A stretch of DNA of 64,000 nt. Source: Patescibacteria group bacterium (GTDB taxonomy: Bacteria; Patescibacteriota; Patescibacteriia; SG8-24; DYFX01). The notes below the pieces were generated by a model. The model worked only from the letters and a program-made list of their open reading frames with translations, had not been told where the DNA came from and ran no database searches. Where the stretch lies: the NCBI GenBank assembly GCA_041659045.1, contig JBAZZB010000001.1, forward strand, positions 134,111 through 198,110, read 5' to 3'. Positions 8,044-16,327 of this stretch are shown here, piece after piece. The position numbers were made by a program, and so were the translations under genes. The first letter of the stretch is position 1, and the number at the start of each line of letters is the position of its first letter.

Positions 8044-8906
8044 TCACGGATGAGTTCGTAGAGATAGAAGAGGTTGTCAATCGATTTCGGAGCGCCGGGC
8101 ATCAGCTCATCGGCGAGTTTTTCGAGCTCGACGCGGTGAAGTTCGACGCAGCCGCGCATGAGCGTTTCGAGATGGACTCTCTGAAACATCTCGCGCATAG
8201 TATCGCGTGGCTTCGGTGTGACCATGACGCGGCGCTTCAAGCGTCCGGTCTGCGTGCAAAACGTATCGACGAACGTTGGGTGATCGCCCTGGACGGCCAT
8301 GACGGCGTCGACCTCGTGGCGCATTTCGTCTTCGTCGTATTCTCTGACGATGTGCGCGAGGATGCTGCAGGATCGGTCGTTCATACCGAGTTTACTAGCA
8401 GCGGCGTCGAACGCATCAGTGTGCTTCTGCATGTCGTCGACGCTGATGACGTACGACTTCGGGTTCTTTTTCCGGTACTCCAGAATGATTCGGTACGAGT
8501 CTTCTTTTGACTGGTGGCCGATCTGTAGCATCCAGTTTACGTCGATCCCGAAGTTGTGCAGCAGGAAGCGCGTCACGCGGAGTCCGAGAAAGCTCGATCG
8601 CGCCGTGACGATGTCTTGTGACTGGTGCATTCCGTCCTCGCCACAGGCGCGGGCGATACGCGCGAACGGGCCATTCTCGAGAACTTCCGTGAACAGGCGT
8701 TCTTCATGGTCGAAGTATTTCTCGACCTTGAAACCGAGGTGCGCGAAAGCATCGTCGCTGCGGCCGGATACGAGCACGCGATCGACGTCCCAGATGATGT
8801 GGACGTCGTGCCCTTCCGCGCGAAGACGGTGAATCAGCGCCTCGAGCTCACAGACCTGCTCTGCAGAACGTTGTAACTCTTCGGGCGTGCTGGGTTGAAA
8901 GGGCAT
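8034..8906 (-). CDS. Hypothetical protein, possible HAD-like hydrolase (IIWDVDRVL DxD motif)
   Basis: Start ATG at 8906 is preceded by AAGGAG 7 nt upstream. No confident family assignment. Confidence 0.6.
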   Translation of the reverse strand: MPFQPSTPEELQRSAEQVCELEALIHRLRAEGHDVHIIWDVDRVLVSGRSDDAFAHLGFKVEKYFDHEERLFTEVLENGPFARIARACGEDGMHQSQDIVTARSSFLGLRVTRFLLHNFGIDVNWMLQIGHQSKEDSYRIILEYRKKNPKSYVISVDDMQKHTDAFDAAASKLGMNDRSCSILAHIVREYDEDEMRHEVDAVMAVQGDHPTFVDTFCTQTGRLKRRVMVTPKPRDTMREMFQRVHLETLMRGCVELHRVELEKLADELMPGAPKSIDNLFYLYELIREPR

Positions 8907-8960
8907 GGGAACTCCTTGTCCGTGCGGACGCTTCGACGGTAGCAATGAAAAAACCGCCGG

Positions 8961-9347
8961 TCAATGGACCGGCGGCGGGGGATCGTAGCCGACTTCTCGC
9001 ACGAGAATGCGACGTCCGTCGGGGTCTTCGAAGATGGCTGAGCGAAGCTTCTGATCGGGGTCGTAGTATTTGACCGGATCACGATCTAGATCGAGCTCGT
9101 TTGAGACGCGCAAGACCTCATCGAATCGACGCACATCGACGATCCAGAAGTCGCCTTTTGGTGGCGCGACGTGCGAGCCACTTTCCGACGGATAGAACTC
9201 GTACACGCAAAGGCCGAAGTCCACAGAATAGTGGATCGGACCCTTCTTGTGCTGCTCCTCGACGAGCACGTAGCCCAGCGCCTCATAGAACTGGCGCGTG
9301 CGGTCGAGATGCTTGACCTTGATCACGCGGACTGTTTTTGGCTGCAT
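8961..9347 (-). CDS. VOC/glyoxalase-bleomycin resistance family protein
   Basis: 128 aa; ...RVIKVKHLDRTRQFYEALGY...YEFYPSE... resembles the glyoxalase fold. Confidence 0.6.
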   Translation of the reverse strand: MQPKTVRVIKVKHLDRTRQFYEALGYVLVEEQHKKGPIHYSVDFGLCVYEFYPSESGSHVAPPKGDFWIVDVRRFDEVLRVSNELDLDRDPVKYYDPDQKLRSAIFEDPDGRRILVREVGYDPPPPVH

Positions 9348-9398
9348 GTTCGCCTCTGAGGTTGCGTGCTTCTACCGTAAACGGGGAACGGAAACGCG

Positions 9399-9896
9399 TC
9401 AATCCACAAGAATCTCGGTGGACGGCAGTTTTGTTCGGATCGCTTCAAGGTCTTGTTGGGAAATTGCGTTGCCTCGGAGGTCGAGTCGGCGGAGGTTTTT
9501 GAGATTGCCGAGTTCGAGTGGGAGTCCCGTGAGTGCATTCTGCGAGAGATCGAGTGTCTGCAGAGATGCGAGCTGGCCGATTTCAGCCGGCACGCCGGTC
9601 ATGGCGTTGTCGCTGGCATCAAGAACGCGCAAGCGCTCTAGAAGGCGAATCTCGGCCGGTAGGGCCCCCGTCAGACGGTTCCCAGAGAGGTCGAGCTCCT
9701 CGAGATCGGTTTTGGAAAAAACAGACGAGGGGACTTTTTCGAGGGTGCTGTCAGACAGGTCGAGCCGCTTGGATGCGGCGGCGGCTGGCACGGAAGGTGT
9801 TGTTGTTTGGATTCCATTCGATGGCGCCGTTTCCGCGCAACCGGCTCCGAGCAGGACGATGGTGGCGAGAGCGATGATATTGCGGGTGTTCTTCAT
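9399..9896 (-). CDS. Lipoprotein with leucine-rich repeats (LRR)
   Basis: Signal peptide with lipobox LLGAGC, then tandem LxxLxLxxNxL repeats (LDLSGNRLTGALPAEI, LRVLDASDNAMTGVPAEI, LQTLDLSQNALTGLPLEL, LRRLDLRGNAI). Confidence 0.75.
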   Translation of the reverse strand: MKNTRNIIALATIVLLGAGCAETAPSNGIQTTTPSVPAAAASKRLDLSDSTLEKVPSSVFSKTDLEELDLSGNRLTGALPAEIRLLERLRVLDASDNAMTGVPAEIGQLASLQTLDLSQNALTGLPLELGNLKNLRRLDLRGNAISQQDLEAIRTKLPSTEILVD

Positions 9897-9982
9897 AGTA
9901 CATTCACGCTACTCCTGGAATGAAAAACAGACCAGCGAATGGTCGGATGCCGAAACGAACGTTCTGTGTGGAGTCTCCACTG

Positions 9983-10015
9983 AAAAGAAAATCCCCACAT
10001 GTCTTGCATGTGGGG
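9983..10015 (-). terminator. Intrinsic terminator (minus strand) after gene 10021-10407
   Basis: CCCCACATG-tcttg-CATGTGGGG hairpin, followed by a T-rich run on the minus strand. Confidence 0.7.
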
Positions 10016-10020
10016 AAGCG

Positions 10021-10407
10021 TCACTTGTTGGTGACCGTGATCGTGATGGAGTTCGTGTTCGCACCAACCTCTCCTCCCACCTGCTTCTCGATGAATGCGC
10101 CATGCGCAAACCAGAGATAGAAGGCGACGAGCGGAACGACCCAGATGAGTGGTCTGCGTTTCCAGTCCTCTCCGTATTCGTAAAGAGTGAACATCGAGAT
10201 GAACAGCGACAGTGTGTGCCAGAAGAAGATCGTCGCGCCGATCCTGTCGACCCACGAGTGGTCGTTCATGAGCATGAGCGGCGGCCCGATCAGGGCGAAG
10301 GCTCCGAAAGCGTAGGCGGCTGCCTTCCAGCAACGCGCGAACAACAGCGGCAGGACGCCGATGGCGGCAAGACCGAGACCGAGCAGGATCAGGTGTACAA
10401 GGTGCAT
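10021..10407 (-). CDS. Small integral membrane protein (4 predicted TM)
   Basis: Start ATG at 10407 is preceded by AGGAGA 6 nt upstream. Hydrophobic throughout. The longer ORF listing (to 10545) lacks an RBS and runs through a terminator hairpin. Confidence 0.55.
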   Translation of the reverse strand: MHLVHLILLGLGLAAIGVLPLLFARCWKAAAYAFGAFALIGPPLMLMNDHSWVDRIGATIFFWHTLSLFISMFTLYEYGEDWKRRPLIWVVPLVAFYLWFAHGAFIEKQVGGEVGANTNSITITVTNK

Positions 10408-10512
10408 GACGTTCTCCTGGAAATACCGCTTCGGATGGTCCGATGCGGGACGTGGAAACGTAGCAGGCATTGGAGGAAGTGTCAATGTGGGAACGGGGCT
10501 GTCGTTGCAACG

Positions 10513-10542
10513 AAAAAACATCCGTGGTGACGGATGTTTTTC
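10513..10542. terminator. Bidirectional terminator-like hairpin
   Basis: Perfect 12-bp inverted repeat AAAAACATCCGT-ggtg-ACGGATGTTTTT. Confidence 0.6.
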
Positions 10543-10652
10543 CATGGCTCACCAGCCCGGTCTGGAACCAAATTCCCTACGGAAAACCCGGGGATTTCGT
10601 GGGGGGCATCAGACCGTTTTGGATGTCTCGGTCGGACACGAATATGGATCGA

Positions 10653-11135
10653 TCAACAGTGGTAAAGATCGCAATAATCCGGCGCGCTATTTGCAGACCT
10701 CTCGGCATTCTCGATGTACTGTCTTAACCACTTTTGATTCGACGGATTTACCAACGGATCCTCGATGCGACTTTGAATAAAGATGATCGACCTCGGAATA
10801 ATGATGTAAAAAGCTATTGAGTAGCCCAGAAACAATAAGCCAAGGAGACGCAAAACGTCATCGATCAAGCTTTTTGCAATATGTTGAGCGATTTCAATTT
10901 TCCCGTGACCAACGCCGCCCCACTGATGCTGTGCGACAAGGCGCTTAGCCCATCTTTCACGATACAGAATGAGTACCGTGAAAAAACCACCGATATATCC
11001 TACAAATATGGATTCCAATATCCAGATCGCCAGACAGATGACCAGCAGTGTCGCCGCAACTAAACCAAATTGCGATTCTGGGAATTTACGAATTCTGTCG
11101 TTCATATGTACCGAATCAGGAAAAAAGTATTTCAA
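10653..11135 (-). CDS. Hypothetical membrane protein in an AT-rich islet
   Basis: Composition is clearly lower GC than the flanks; 3-4 TM helices. The start is uncertain (TTG 11135 or ATG 11105) and no RBS is evident. Confidence 0.45.
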   Translation of the reverse strand: MKYFFPDSVHMNDRIRKFPESQFGLVAATLLVICLAIWILESIFVGYIGGFFTVLILYRERWAKRLVAQHQWGGVGHGKIEIAQHIAKSLIDDVLRLLGLLFLGYSIAFYIIIPRSIIFIQSRIEDPLVNPSNQKWLRQYIENAERSANSAPDYCDLYHC

Positions 11136-11188
11136 CCGCGATCATTATATCAGTTATCCCTTCTCATAAATAGGATATTACGAATGCG

Positions 11189-11216
11189 AAAACCCCGGAC
11201 AGTTGACCGGGGTTTT
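11189..11216. terminator. Bidirectional intrinsic terminator
   Basis: CCCCGG-acagttga-CCGGGG hairpin flanked by an A-run and a T-run. Confidence 0.65.
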
Positions 11217-11263
11217 CGTGGTGTGCCGGACCTCTCGGTCTCTCGAAAGGCGCTTGGCATGGC

Positions 11264-11533
11264 TCAACCCGCAAGCGTTTCTTTCAACATAGCACGCAGT
11301 GTACTCTTGCCTTTGCTAGTTTTGAAGTATTGCTCGCGCCGGAGTGCATCGTACTTATTCAGGTAGGCTTCATAAAAAATAAGTTGGATAGGCAAGCGAT
11401 ACTTTGTCGCCGCCACCTTGCCCGCCTTGTGAGCTTCTACACGTTTCCGCAGATCTTCTGAAAAGCCCGTGTAGAAACCGCTGTCTTTATGGCTTTGGAG
11501 TATGTAGGTGTAATACATCTTGCGCCTAGACAT
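11264..11533 (-). CDS. GIY-YIG nuclease family protein (UPF0213-like)
   Basis: MYYTYILQSHKDSGFYTGFSEDLRKRVEAHKAGK...YRLPIQLIFYEAY...REQYFKTSKGK is a GIY-YIG domain. Start ATG at 11533 or 11518. Confidence 0.7.
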   Translation of the reverse strand: MSRRKMYYTYILQSHKDSGFYTGFSEDLRKRVEAHKAGKVAATKYRLPIQLIFYEAYLNKYDALRREQYFKTSKGKSTLRAMLKETLAG

Positions 11534-11540
11534 AACAAAA

Positions 11541-11563
11541 CACCCTTGCTTTATGCAAGGGTG
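11541..11563 (-). terminator. Hairpin plus TTTTGTT on the minus strand, upstream of the GIY-YIG gene and downstream of the tRNA-Gln palindrome array
   Basis: CACCCTTGC-tttat-GCAAGGGTG, followed on the minus strand by TTTTGTT. Confidence 0.5.
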
Positions 11564-11594
11564 CTCCGGGTTCACCAGTTGTGCATGACGCAGT

Positions 11595-11681
11595 CCTTGC
11601 ACCGTGCGGTGCAGGGCAAGCCCGGCGGCTCTCCCTGAACCATGCGGTTCAGGGCTGCGCCATGCACCGTACGGTGCATGG
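11595..11681. repeat. Three tandem 22-nt REP-like palindromes (H1 11595-11616, H2 11633-11654, H3 11660-11681) immediately 3' of tRNA-Gln
   Basis: H1 ccttgcacc-gtgc-ggtgcaggg, H2 ccctgaacc-atgc-ggttcaggg, H3 ccatgcacc-gtac-ggtgcatgg. Each has a 9-bp stem and 4-nt loop, and stem positions covary (C:G, T:G, A:T; C:G vs A:T). A fourth copy (ccctgcacc-atcc-ggtgcaggg) is at 63205-63226. Confidence 0.6.
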
Positions 11682-11752
11682 CTCGGGGACTTGGATTCGA
11701 ACCAAGATTCACGGCTTCAAAGGCCGCTGTCCTACCATTGGACGATCCCCGA
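11679..11752 (-). tRNA. tRNA-Gln (anticodon UUG)
   Basis: On the minus strand: acceptor TCGGGGA/TCCCCGA, D-arm GTCC-AATGGTA-GGAC, anticodon stem GCGGC/GCCGT with loop CTTTGAA, T-arm CTTGG-TTCGAAT-CCAAG, discriminator G, CCA encoded. Confidence 0.8.
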
Positions 11753-11773
11753 AGGCAGCCGCATCGTAGCGAA

Positions 11774-11800
11774 TAAAAAGCCCTGACGCAAGAGTCAGGG
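11774..11800 (-). terminator. Intrinsic terminator (minus strand) after gene 11795-12637
   Basis: CCCTGAC-gcaaga-GTCAGGG hairpin overlapping the stop codon, then a TTTTT run on the minus strand. Confidence 0.6.
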
Positions 11801-12637
11801 ATTGATCGCGTGATACGCGCCGATGGCCAGGGCGTAGTCCGCGTTGGGCGGGAAGTAAGGAGTCTTGCCGATCTTTCGAAGCATTGCCTCGAGCGTTGCT
11901 CGGACGTAGTTCGACTTGTGTGGCATGGTACCAACGATGACGACGTCGCGGATGCCGCGGAACTCCGGGATCCGCTCGAAGAGAAGCAGTCGACTGGCGA
12001 GATCGGTCGCCAGGTGCTGGATGACGCTCTTCGCGCCGCGTATGAGCTTCGTGATGGGGTCGTCCGTGGTTTCTCTTGCCGCTTTGGCGAAGCTGGCGGC
12101 CACCCACTGTTCGTAGGGCGTGCCTCGCAGCGACGGCACGGCTTCTCCGAGCATGAGGTCGTACGATGGGATGTGTTCCTTGCCTTCGAGGAGACCGTCA
12201 ATGGCTTCTCCGGAGGCAATGTCCAGCATCTCAAGCAAGCCATCGATACTGCCAGCGCTGTAGGGACTGCCAACGGGGAAGTCGTAGCCTTCACCGTTCA
12301 CGACCGTGAACGACATGCCGGTGCCGATTCCCACCACGATATGTTTCGTCTCGAGAGGCTTCGTCGCGCAGATCATCTGGTGCTGGGCGCCACGCGCTTG
12401 AAGGCGCAGCTCAGCCTGAATCGGATCACCAGGCCAGACGTGGTGGCGGAACTTCTCGAAAGCCTCTCTTGAGCCGTTGCCGGCGATGCAGATATCTCTG
12501 ACGCCAAGGTGTTCAAGGACTGAGACCAGGCTCGACTGGCGGACCACTCGAGAAGAGAGGAAGCACTCGGCACCCCGCTCGTCGATCCAGTAGATCTTGT
12601 CGCAGGTCAAACCGCAATCAACGCCGGCTTTCTTCAT
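11795..12637 (-). CDS. Type II pantothenate kinase-like protein (CoaW/fumble family, ASKHA ATPase)
   Basis: Start ATG at 12637 with AAGGAG 8 nt upstream. MKKAGVDCGLTCDKIYW..., IVVGIGTGMSFTVVNG..., VGSPYSAGSIDGLL... and YALAIGAYHA align with the S. aureus CoaW motifs (GIDAGGT, VGTGTS, GGIGTGGG, AIGALYL). Confidence 0.65.
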   Translation of the reverse strand: MKKAGVDCGLTCDKIYWIDERGAECFLSSRVVRQSSLVSVLEHLGVRDICIAGNGSREAFEKFRHHVWPGDPIQAELRLQARGAQHQMICATKPLETKHIVVGIGTGMSFTVVNGEGYDFPVGSPYSAGSIDGLLEMLDIASGEAIDGLLEGKEHIPSYDLMLGEAVPSLRGTPYEQWVAASFAKAARETTDDPITKLIRGAKSVIQHLATDLASRLLLFERIPEFRGIRDVVIVGTMPHKSNYVRATLEAMLRKIGKTPYFPPNADYALAIGAYHAINP

Positions 12638-12716
12638 GGTTGACTCCTTTGTGAAAGGTCGGTGGCGATATGGTGCGGTATGCAATGAGTTTACGCAAGC
12701 GTGGTAAGATGCCGGT

Positions 12717-13748
12717 ATGACTGCAAGACCTGGTTTGTTTCTGCTTAAAAAGTCGCTCGTTATCGTCTGCGTTCTTGCGGCAAGTTTTTCGGCGTTTCCG
12801 ATCAAGGCCGAGGTGATTCGACCAATCATGTTTCCTGTTCAAGGCGAGGCCTACTACACGGACACGTTCAATGATGGTCGTAGTGGCGGCCGCTCGCATG
12901 AAGGGATCGATATCATGGCTGCCAAGATGACGCCTGTTGTGGCTGTTATCGATGGCCGTATTCGCTGGCTCACGGAAACTGAAGCGTCCTATGGTTGGAT
13001 GGTGGTGATGGAAGATTCCGAAGGGTACGAATATTCCTATATCCATTTGAACAACGACACGCCTGGTACAGACGATGGCTTGGGGGGACGCGAGCGCGCG
13101 ATTGCTCCAGGTATCGAGGATGGTGCTTCTGTTACGAAAGGCCAGCTCATCGGCTGGGTTGGTGATTCTGGAAACGCTGAGAATACCGCGCCGCATTTGC
13201 ACTTTGAGATTGAGGAGCCCGGAGGTTTTGCGATCAATCCTTATTGGACACTGCTCGCCGCCGAGCGTCCGGGACGTTTTGATCCAGAAGCTGCGCGGCT
13301 TGTGAGCCCTGATATTAATACGGAGAAGCAGCTCACGGTTCGTCCTGAGGCGGAAGTGCATTGTCTCTCCGGATCGCTCATCAAGTCGACGGCGGCGAGC
13401 GCGGTGTATTTCTGTGGCGCTGACGCGAAGCGTTACGTGTTCCCGAATGACAAGACGTACTTCACCTGGTACGCGGATTTTTCTTCCGTGCTTACGTTGT
13501 CAGCGACCGAGCTTGCCGCGATTCCGATCGGCGGCAACGTGACGTATCGTCCGGGTGTGAAACTGCTCAAGATTCAAAGCGATCCGAAAGTCTATGCGGT
13601 CGATCGCCAAGGCACGTTGCGTTGGGTGACGACGGATACGCTTGCGAAGGCGATGTACGGCACCGCTTGGGCCAAGCAGGTTCACGATCTTTCGGACGCC
13701 TTCTTCATCAACTATAAGGTGGGCGACCCGATCACGAGCGCGGAATAG
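12717..13748 (+). CDS. Secreted M23 family metallopeptidase with a C-terminal domain of unknown function
   Basis: Signal peptide. M23 motifs GRSHEGIDI and GDSGNAENTAPHLHFEI. The C-terminal ~110 aa (AVYFCGADAKRYVF...GGNVTYRPGVKLLKIQSDPKVYAV...) is paralogous to 2043-2516. Confidence 0.85.
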   Translation: MTARPGLFLLKKSLVIVCVLAASFSAFPIKAEVIRPIMFPVQGEAYYTDTFNDGRSGGRSHEGIDIMAAKMTPVVAVIDGRIRWLTETEASYGWMVVMEDSEGYEYSYIHLNNDTPGTDDGLGGRERAIAPGIEDGASVTKGQLIGWVGDSGNAENTAPHLHFEIEEPGGFAINPYWTLLAAERPGRFDPEAARLVSPDINTEKQLTVRPEAEVHCLSGSLIKSTAASAVYFCGADAKRYVFPNDKTYFTWYADFSSVLTLSATELAAIPIGGNVTYRPGVKLLKIQSDPKVYAVDRQGTLRWVTTDTLAKAMYGTAWAKQVHDLSDAFFINYKVGDPITSAE

Positions 13749-13756
13749 ATCCTGTC

Positions 13757-14200
13757 ATGAATGCCTTCAGCATCATCGCCACCTTCTGCTTCTATAGCGT
13801 TTTTGGCTGGGTGCTCGATACGATCTGGCGCTCCATTCGCGGTTGGCGATATGTCCGAGGCGGATTCTCGAAATATCCGTTCAGTCCGATTTACGGCTTT
13901 GGTGCGCTTTTTGCGCTCGGCCTTGTCCCGCTTTTGGATACTCGACCGCTGTGGTTCCAATGGGCGTTCCTCGCGCTTTTTCTCGGGGCGTTCGAATATG
14001 TGAGCGGTGTACTGATCGTGAAGACACTGCACAAACGTCTCTGGAATTACACGGAGGAGCCGCTCGATGTCAAAGGTCACACGACGCCGTTCTACGCATT
14101 CGCTTGGGGAGGGCTTGCACTTCTTGTTATCTACGTCCTGCAGCCAATGCTTGAGGCCTCTTGTTCGACCTCCGTTCTCTGCGCGAAACTTCTGCAATAA
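13757..14200 (+). CDS. Small polytopic membrane protein (putative ABC-transporter type IV/DUF1113-like)
   Basis: 147 aa, 4 TM; the [12 protein letters not shown] motif resembles the CmpB-like family. Confidence 0.5.
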   Translation: MNAFSIIATFCFYSVFGWVLDTIWRSIRGWRYVRGGFSKYPFSPIYGFGALFALGLVPLLDTRPLWFQWAFLALFLGAFEYVSGVLIVKTLHKRLWNYTEEPLDVKGHTTPFYAFAWGGLALLVIYVLQPMLEASCSTSVLCAKLLQ

Positions 14201-14204
14201 TTTG

Positions 14205-14612
14205 ATGGCTATGCATGAAGAAAAAATCGTTCGATCCGAAGAGGAGTGGAAGAAGATGCTCACGCCCGAGGAATATCGCGTCTTGCGAGAGAAGGGAACC
14301 GAAACGCCGGGTTCAGGTGAGCTGTATCACAATACGGATCGCGGCACGTACATGTGTCGTGCGTGCGGCTCAGATCTTTTTAAATCCGACGCGAAGTATG
14401 ATTCCGGTTCCGGTTGGCCGAGCTTTTGGCAAGCCGTCGATCCCTCGAAGATCACGACGGACACTGACACGACGCACGGCATGCTGCGCAAGGAGATTCT
14501 CTGTGCGCGATGCGGTTCACACCTCGGCCACGTGTTCGATGACGGACCGAAAGAAACGACCGGCCAACGTTTCTGCGTGAACTCGATGTCTCTGAAGTTT
14601 AAAAAAGAATAA
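14205..14612 (+). CDS. msrB: Peptide-methionine (R)-S-oxide reductase MsrB
   Basis: Two CxxC zinc motifs ([25 protein letters not shown]) and the catalytic RxCxN (RFCVNS). Confidence 0.9.
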   Translation: MAMHEEKIVRSEEEWKKMLTPEEYRVLREKGTETPGSGELYHNTDRGTYMCRACGSDLFKSDAKYDSGSGWPSFWQAVDPSKITTDTDTTHGMLRKEILCARCGSHLGHVFDDGPKETTGQRFCVNSMSLKFKKE

Positions 14613-14616
14613 CCGT

Positions 14617-14922
14617 ATGCTCAAAGGTTTCATTGAATTCATTCGCGAGAAAGGCGTCGTCGGTTTGGCCGTCGGCTTCCTCATGGGTGGCGCGATCTCT
14701 AAGCTTGTGACGGCGTTTGTCGAAAACATTATTAATCCGCTGGTCGGCCTGCTTCTCGGCAAAGCTGGAAATTTGGCAGAAGCCTCGGTCGTGCTTGGCA
14801 CGGCAACGCTCAAATGGGGAGCGTTCGTCACAACGTTCATCGACTTTGTCATTATTTGCGCCGTGATCTATCTCGGCGTCAAAGTGCTTCGACTCGATCG
14901 CATTGATAAGAAAACAGTTTAA
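14617..14922 (+). CDS. mscL: Large-conductance mechanosensitive channel MscL
   Basis: MLKGFIEFIREKGVVGLAVGFLMGGA...FIDFVIICAVIYLGVK, typical MscL, 101 aa. Confidence 0.85.
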   Translation: MLKGFIEFIREKGVVGLAVGFLMGGAISKLVTAFVENIINPLVGLLLGKAGNLAEASVVLGTATLKWGAFVTTFIDFVIICAVIYLGVKVLRLDRIDKKTV

Positions 14923-14927
14923 TACGT

Positions 14928-15329
14928 ATGGCTATGAGCAAGATCGTTCACGTCATCAAAGAAGTTTTAGAAAACGAAAACTTTCGGAAAGTGCTGTTTA
15001 CAGGCGAGAAGTCACAACTTGTTGCCATGAGCATTCCGCCCGGAGGTGAAATCGGCGAGGAGACGCACGACCACGTCGAGCAGACGTTGTATTTTCACGC
15101 GGGGGAGGGCGAGGCCGTCCTTAACGGGGAGTCCAGCCCGCTGCGCGCCGGCGACGTCCTGGTCGTTACGCCTGGAACGCGTCATAATGTGAAGTGTACG
15201 GGAGCCGAACCGCTCAAAATCGCCACTGTATACGCGCCGCCGAACCACATCGATGGTCGCATCCATGCTACGAAAGCCGATGCCGATCGCGATACCGAGG
15301 ATGAAGCCTTCGGTCATCACGTCGAATAA
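14928..15329 (+). CDS. Cupin domain protein
   Basis: 133 aa with cupin His/Glu motifs (HDHVEQTLYFHAGEGEAVL...PGTRHNV). Confidence 0.65.
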   Translation: MAMSKIVHVIKEVLENENFRKVLFTGEKSQLVAMSIPPGGEIGEETHDHVEQTLYFHAGEGEAVLNGESSPLRAGDVLVVTPGTRHNVKCTGAEPLKIATVYAPPNHIDGRIHATKADADRDTEDEAFGHHVE

Positions 15330-15345
15330 TTCTTCGCTCTGTTGT

Positions 15346-15828
15346 ATGGGCATGCTTGAACGGTCCGATAAGAAAATCCTGGCGCTGCTTCGCGTCGCCT
15401 TGGGTTGGCTCTTTTTCTACGCGGGTTTCACGAAGCTGATCAACCCGACCTGGTCGGCAAAAGGGTATTTGCTCGGTGCAAAAACCTTCTCCGGGTTCTA
15501 TGCTTGGCTGACATCCGACAGCGTCATGCCGATCGTTGATTTCATGAACGAGTGGGGCCTAACGCTTCTCGGCGTTTCGCTGATTCTTGGTATTGCTGTG
15601 CGATTCTCGTCGGTACTCGGTTCGCTCATGATGGTGTTGTACTGGTTCCCGGTGCTGACCTTCCCGTACGTTGACCATGGGTACTTGGTTGATGATCACA
15701 TCGTCTACGCGCTGGCACTCTTGTATTTCGCCGCTGTCGGCGCCGGGCGCTACTACGGTTTGGGGGAGCGCTGCGCTCGCCTCCCGCTCTGCGCAAAATA
15801 TCCGAAACTTCGCGCCTGGCTCAACTGA
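15346..15828 (+). CDS. DoxX family membrane protein
   Basis: ALLRVALGWLFFYAGFTKL is the DoxX signature; 4 TM. ATG at 15346 or 15352. Confidence 0.7.
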   Translation: MGMLERSDKKILALLRVALGWLFFYAGFTKLINPTWSAKGYLLGAKTFSGFYAWLTSDSVMPIVDFMNEWGLTLLGVSLILGIAVRFSSVLGSLMMVLYWFPVLTFPYVDHGYLVDDHIVYALALLYFAAVGAGRYYGLGERCARLPLCAKYPKLRAWLN

Positions 15829-15844
15829 GAGAAGAAGTCGAAAA

Positions 15845-15870
15845 GAAAAAAGCGCCGACGGCGCTTTTTT
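15845..15870. terminator. Bidirectional intrinsic terminator between convergent genes
   Basis: AAAAAAGCGCC-gac-GGCGCTTTTTT. Confidence 0.75.
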
Positions 15871-15888
15871 CTGTTGTGTGATTGCTGA

Positions 15889-16284
15889 TCAGGACTTGAA
15901 CCATTCACTGCGGCTCTTTGGCCAGCCGAGGAGGAAGAGCAGCGCCAGCGGTGCGCCCCAGTTTGCCCAGCGTTCGACGAAATCCCACATTGGCATGCCG
16001 ACGATCGGACGAACGAGCGCTGTCCACGCGCCCCAGAAAGCGGCCCAGAGCAGAGCGGCTTTGATGGGTTTAAGAAGAACGATTGCCGCGATCAGGATGT
16101 CCATGATGCCGATCATGGTGAGGAGTGTGACGGCGGTCGTTGCATCGACGCCGGTCAGCTGCGAAATCCACTTGAGCCAATCCGCTTTGCCTTGCAGGGC
16201 GAATACGCCGTGGCCGATAAATTCGCCGGCGACTGCGACGCGCAACACGAGTTGCGCCCTCATGGAAGCGTCCATACGTTTCAA
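15889..16284 (-). CDS. DoxX-like small membrane protein
   Basis: Hydrophobic 4-TM protein (…GEFIGHGVFALQGKADWL…). The N-terminal start is uncertain (16284 or 16263). Confidence 0.5.
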   Translation of the reverse strand: MKRMDASMRAQLVLRVAVAGEFIGHGVFALQGKADWLKWISQLTGVDATTAVTLLTMIGIMDILIAAIVLLKPIKAALLWAAFWGAWTALVRPIVGMPMWDFVERWANWGAPLALLFLLGWPKSRSEWFKS

Positions 16285-16327
16285 AATTATGAATCTTTAA
16301 GAAAAGATCATGCTTACGACCATCGTA

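Noticed and set aside
9298-10530. 410-aa plus-strand ORF spanning the LRR lipoprotein and membrane-protein genes
   Set aside because: Arg/Ser-rich low-complexity translation. It runs through two terminator hairpins and overlaps two well-supported minus-strand genes that have SD sequences.
11679-11752. Prophage or integrative element at tRNA-Gln
   Set aside because: No integrase, recombinase or direct repeat of the tRNA 3' end was found. Only an AT-rich islet and the palindromes are present, so this is reported as a possible remnant only.
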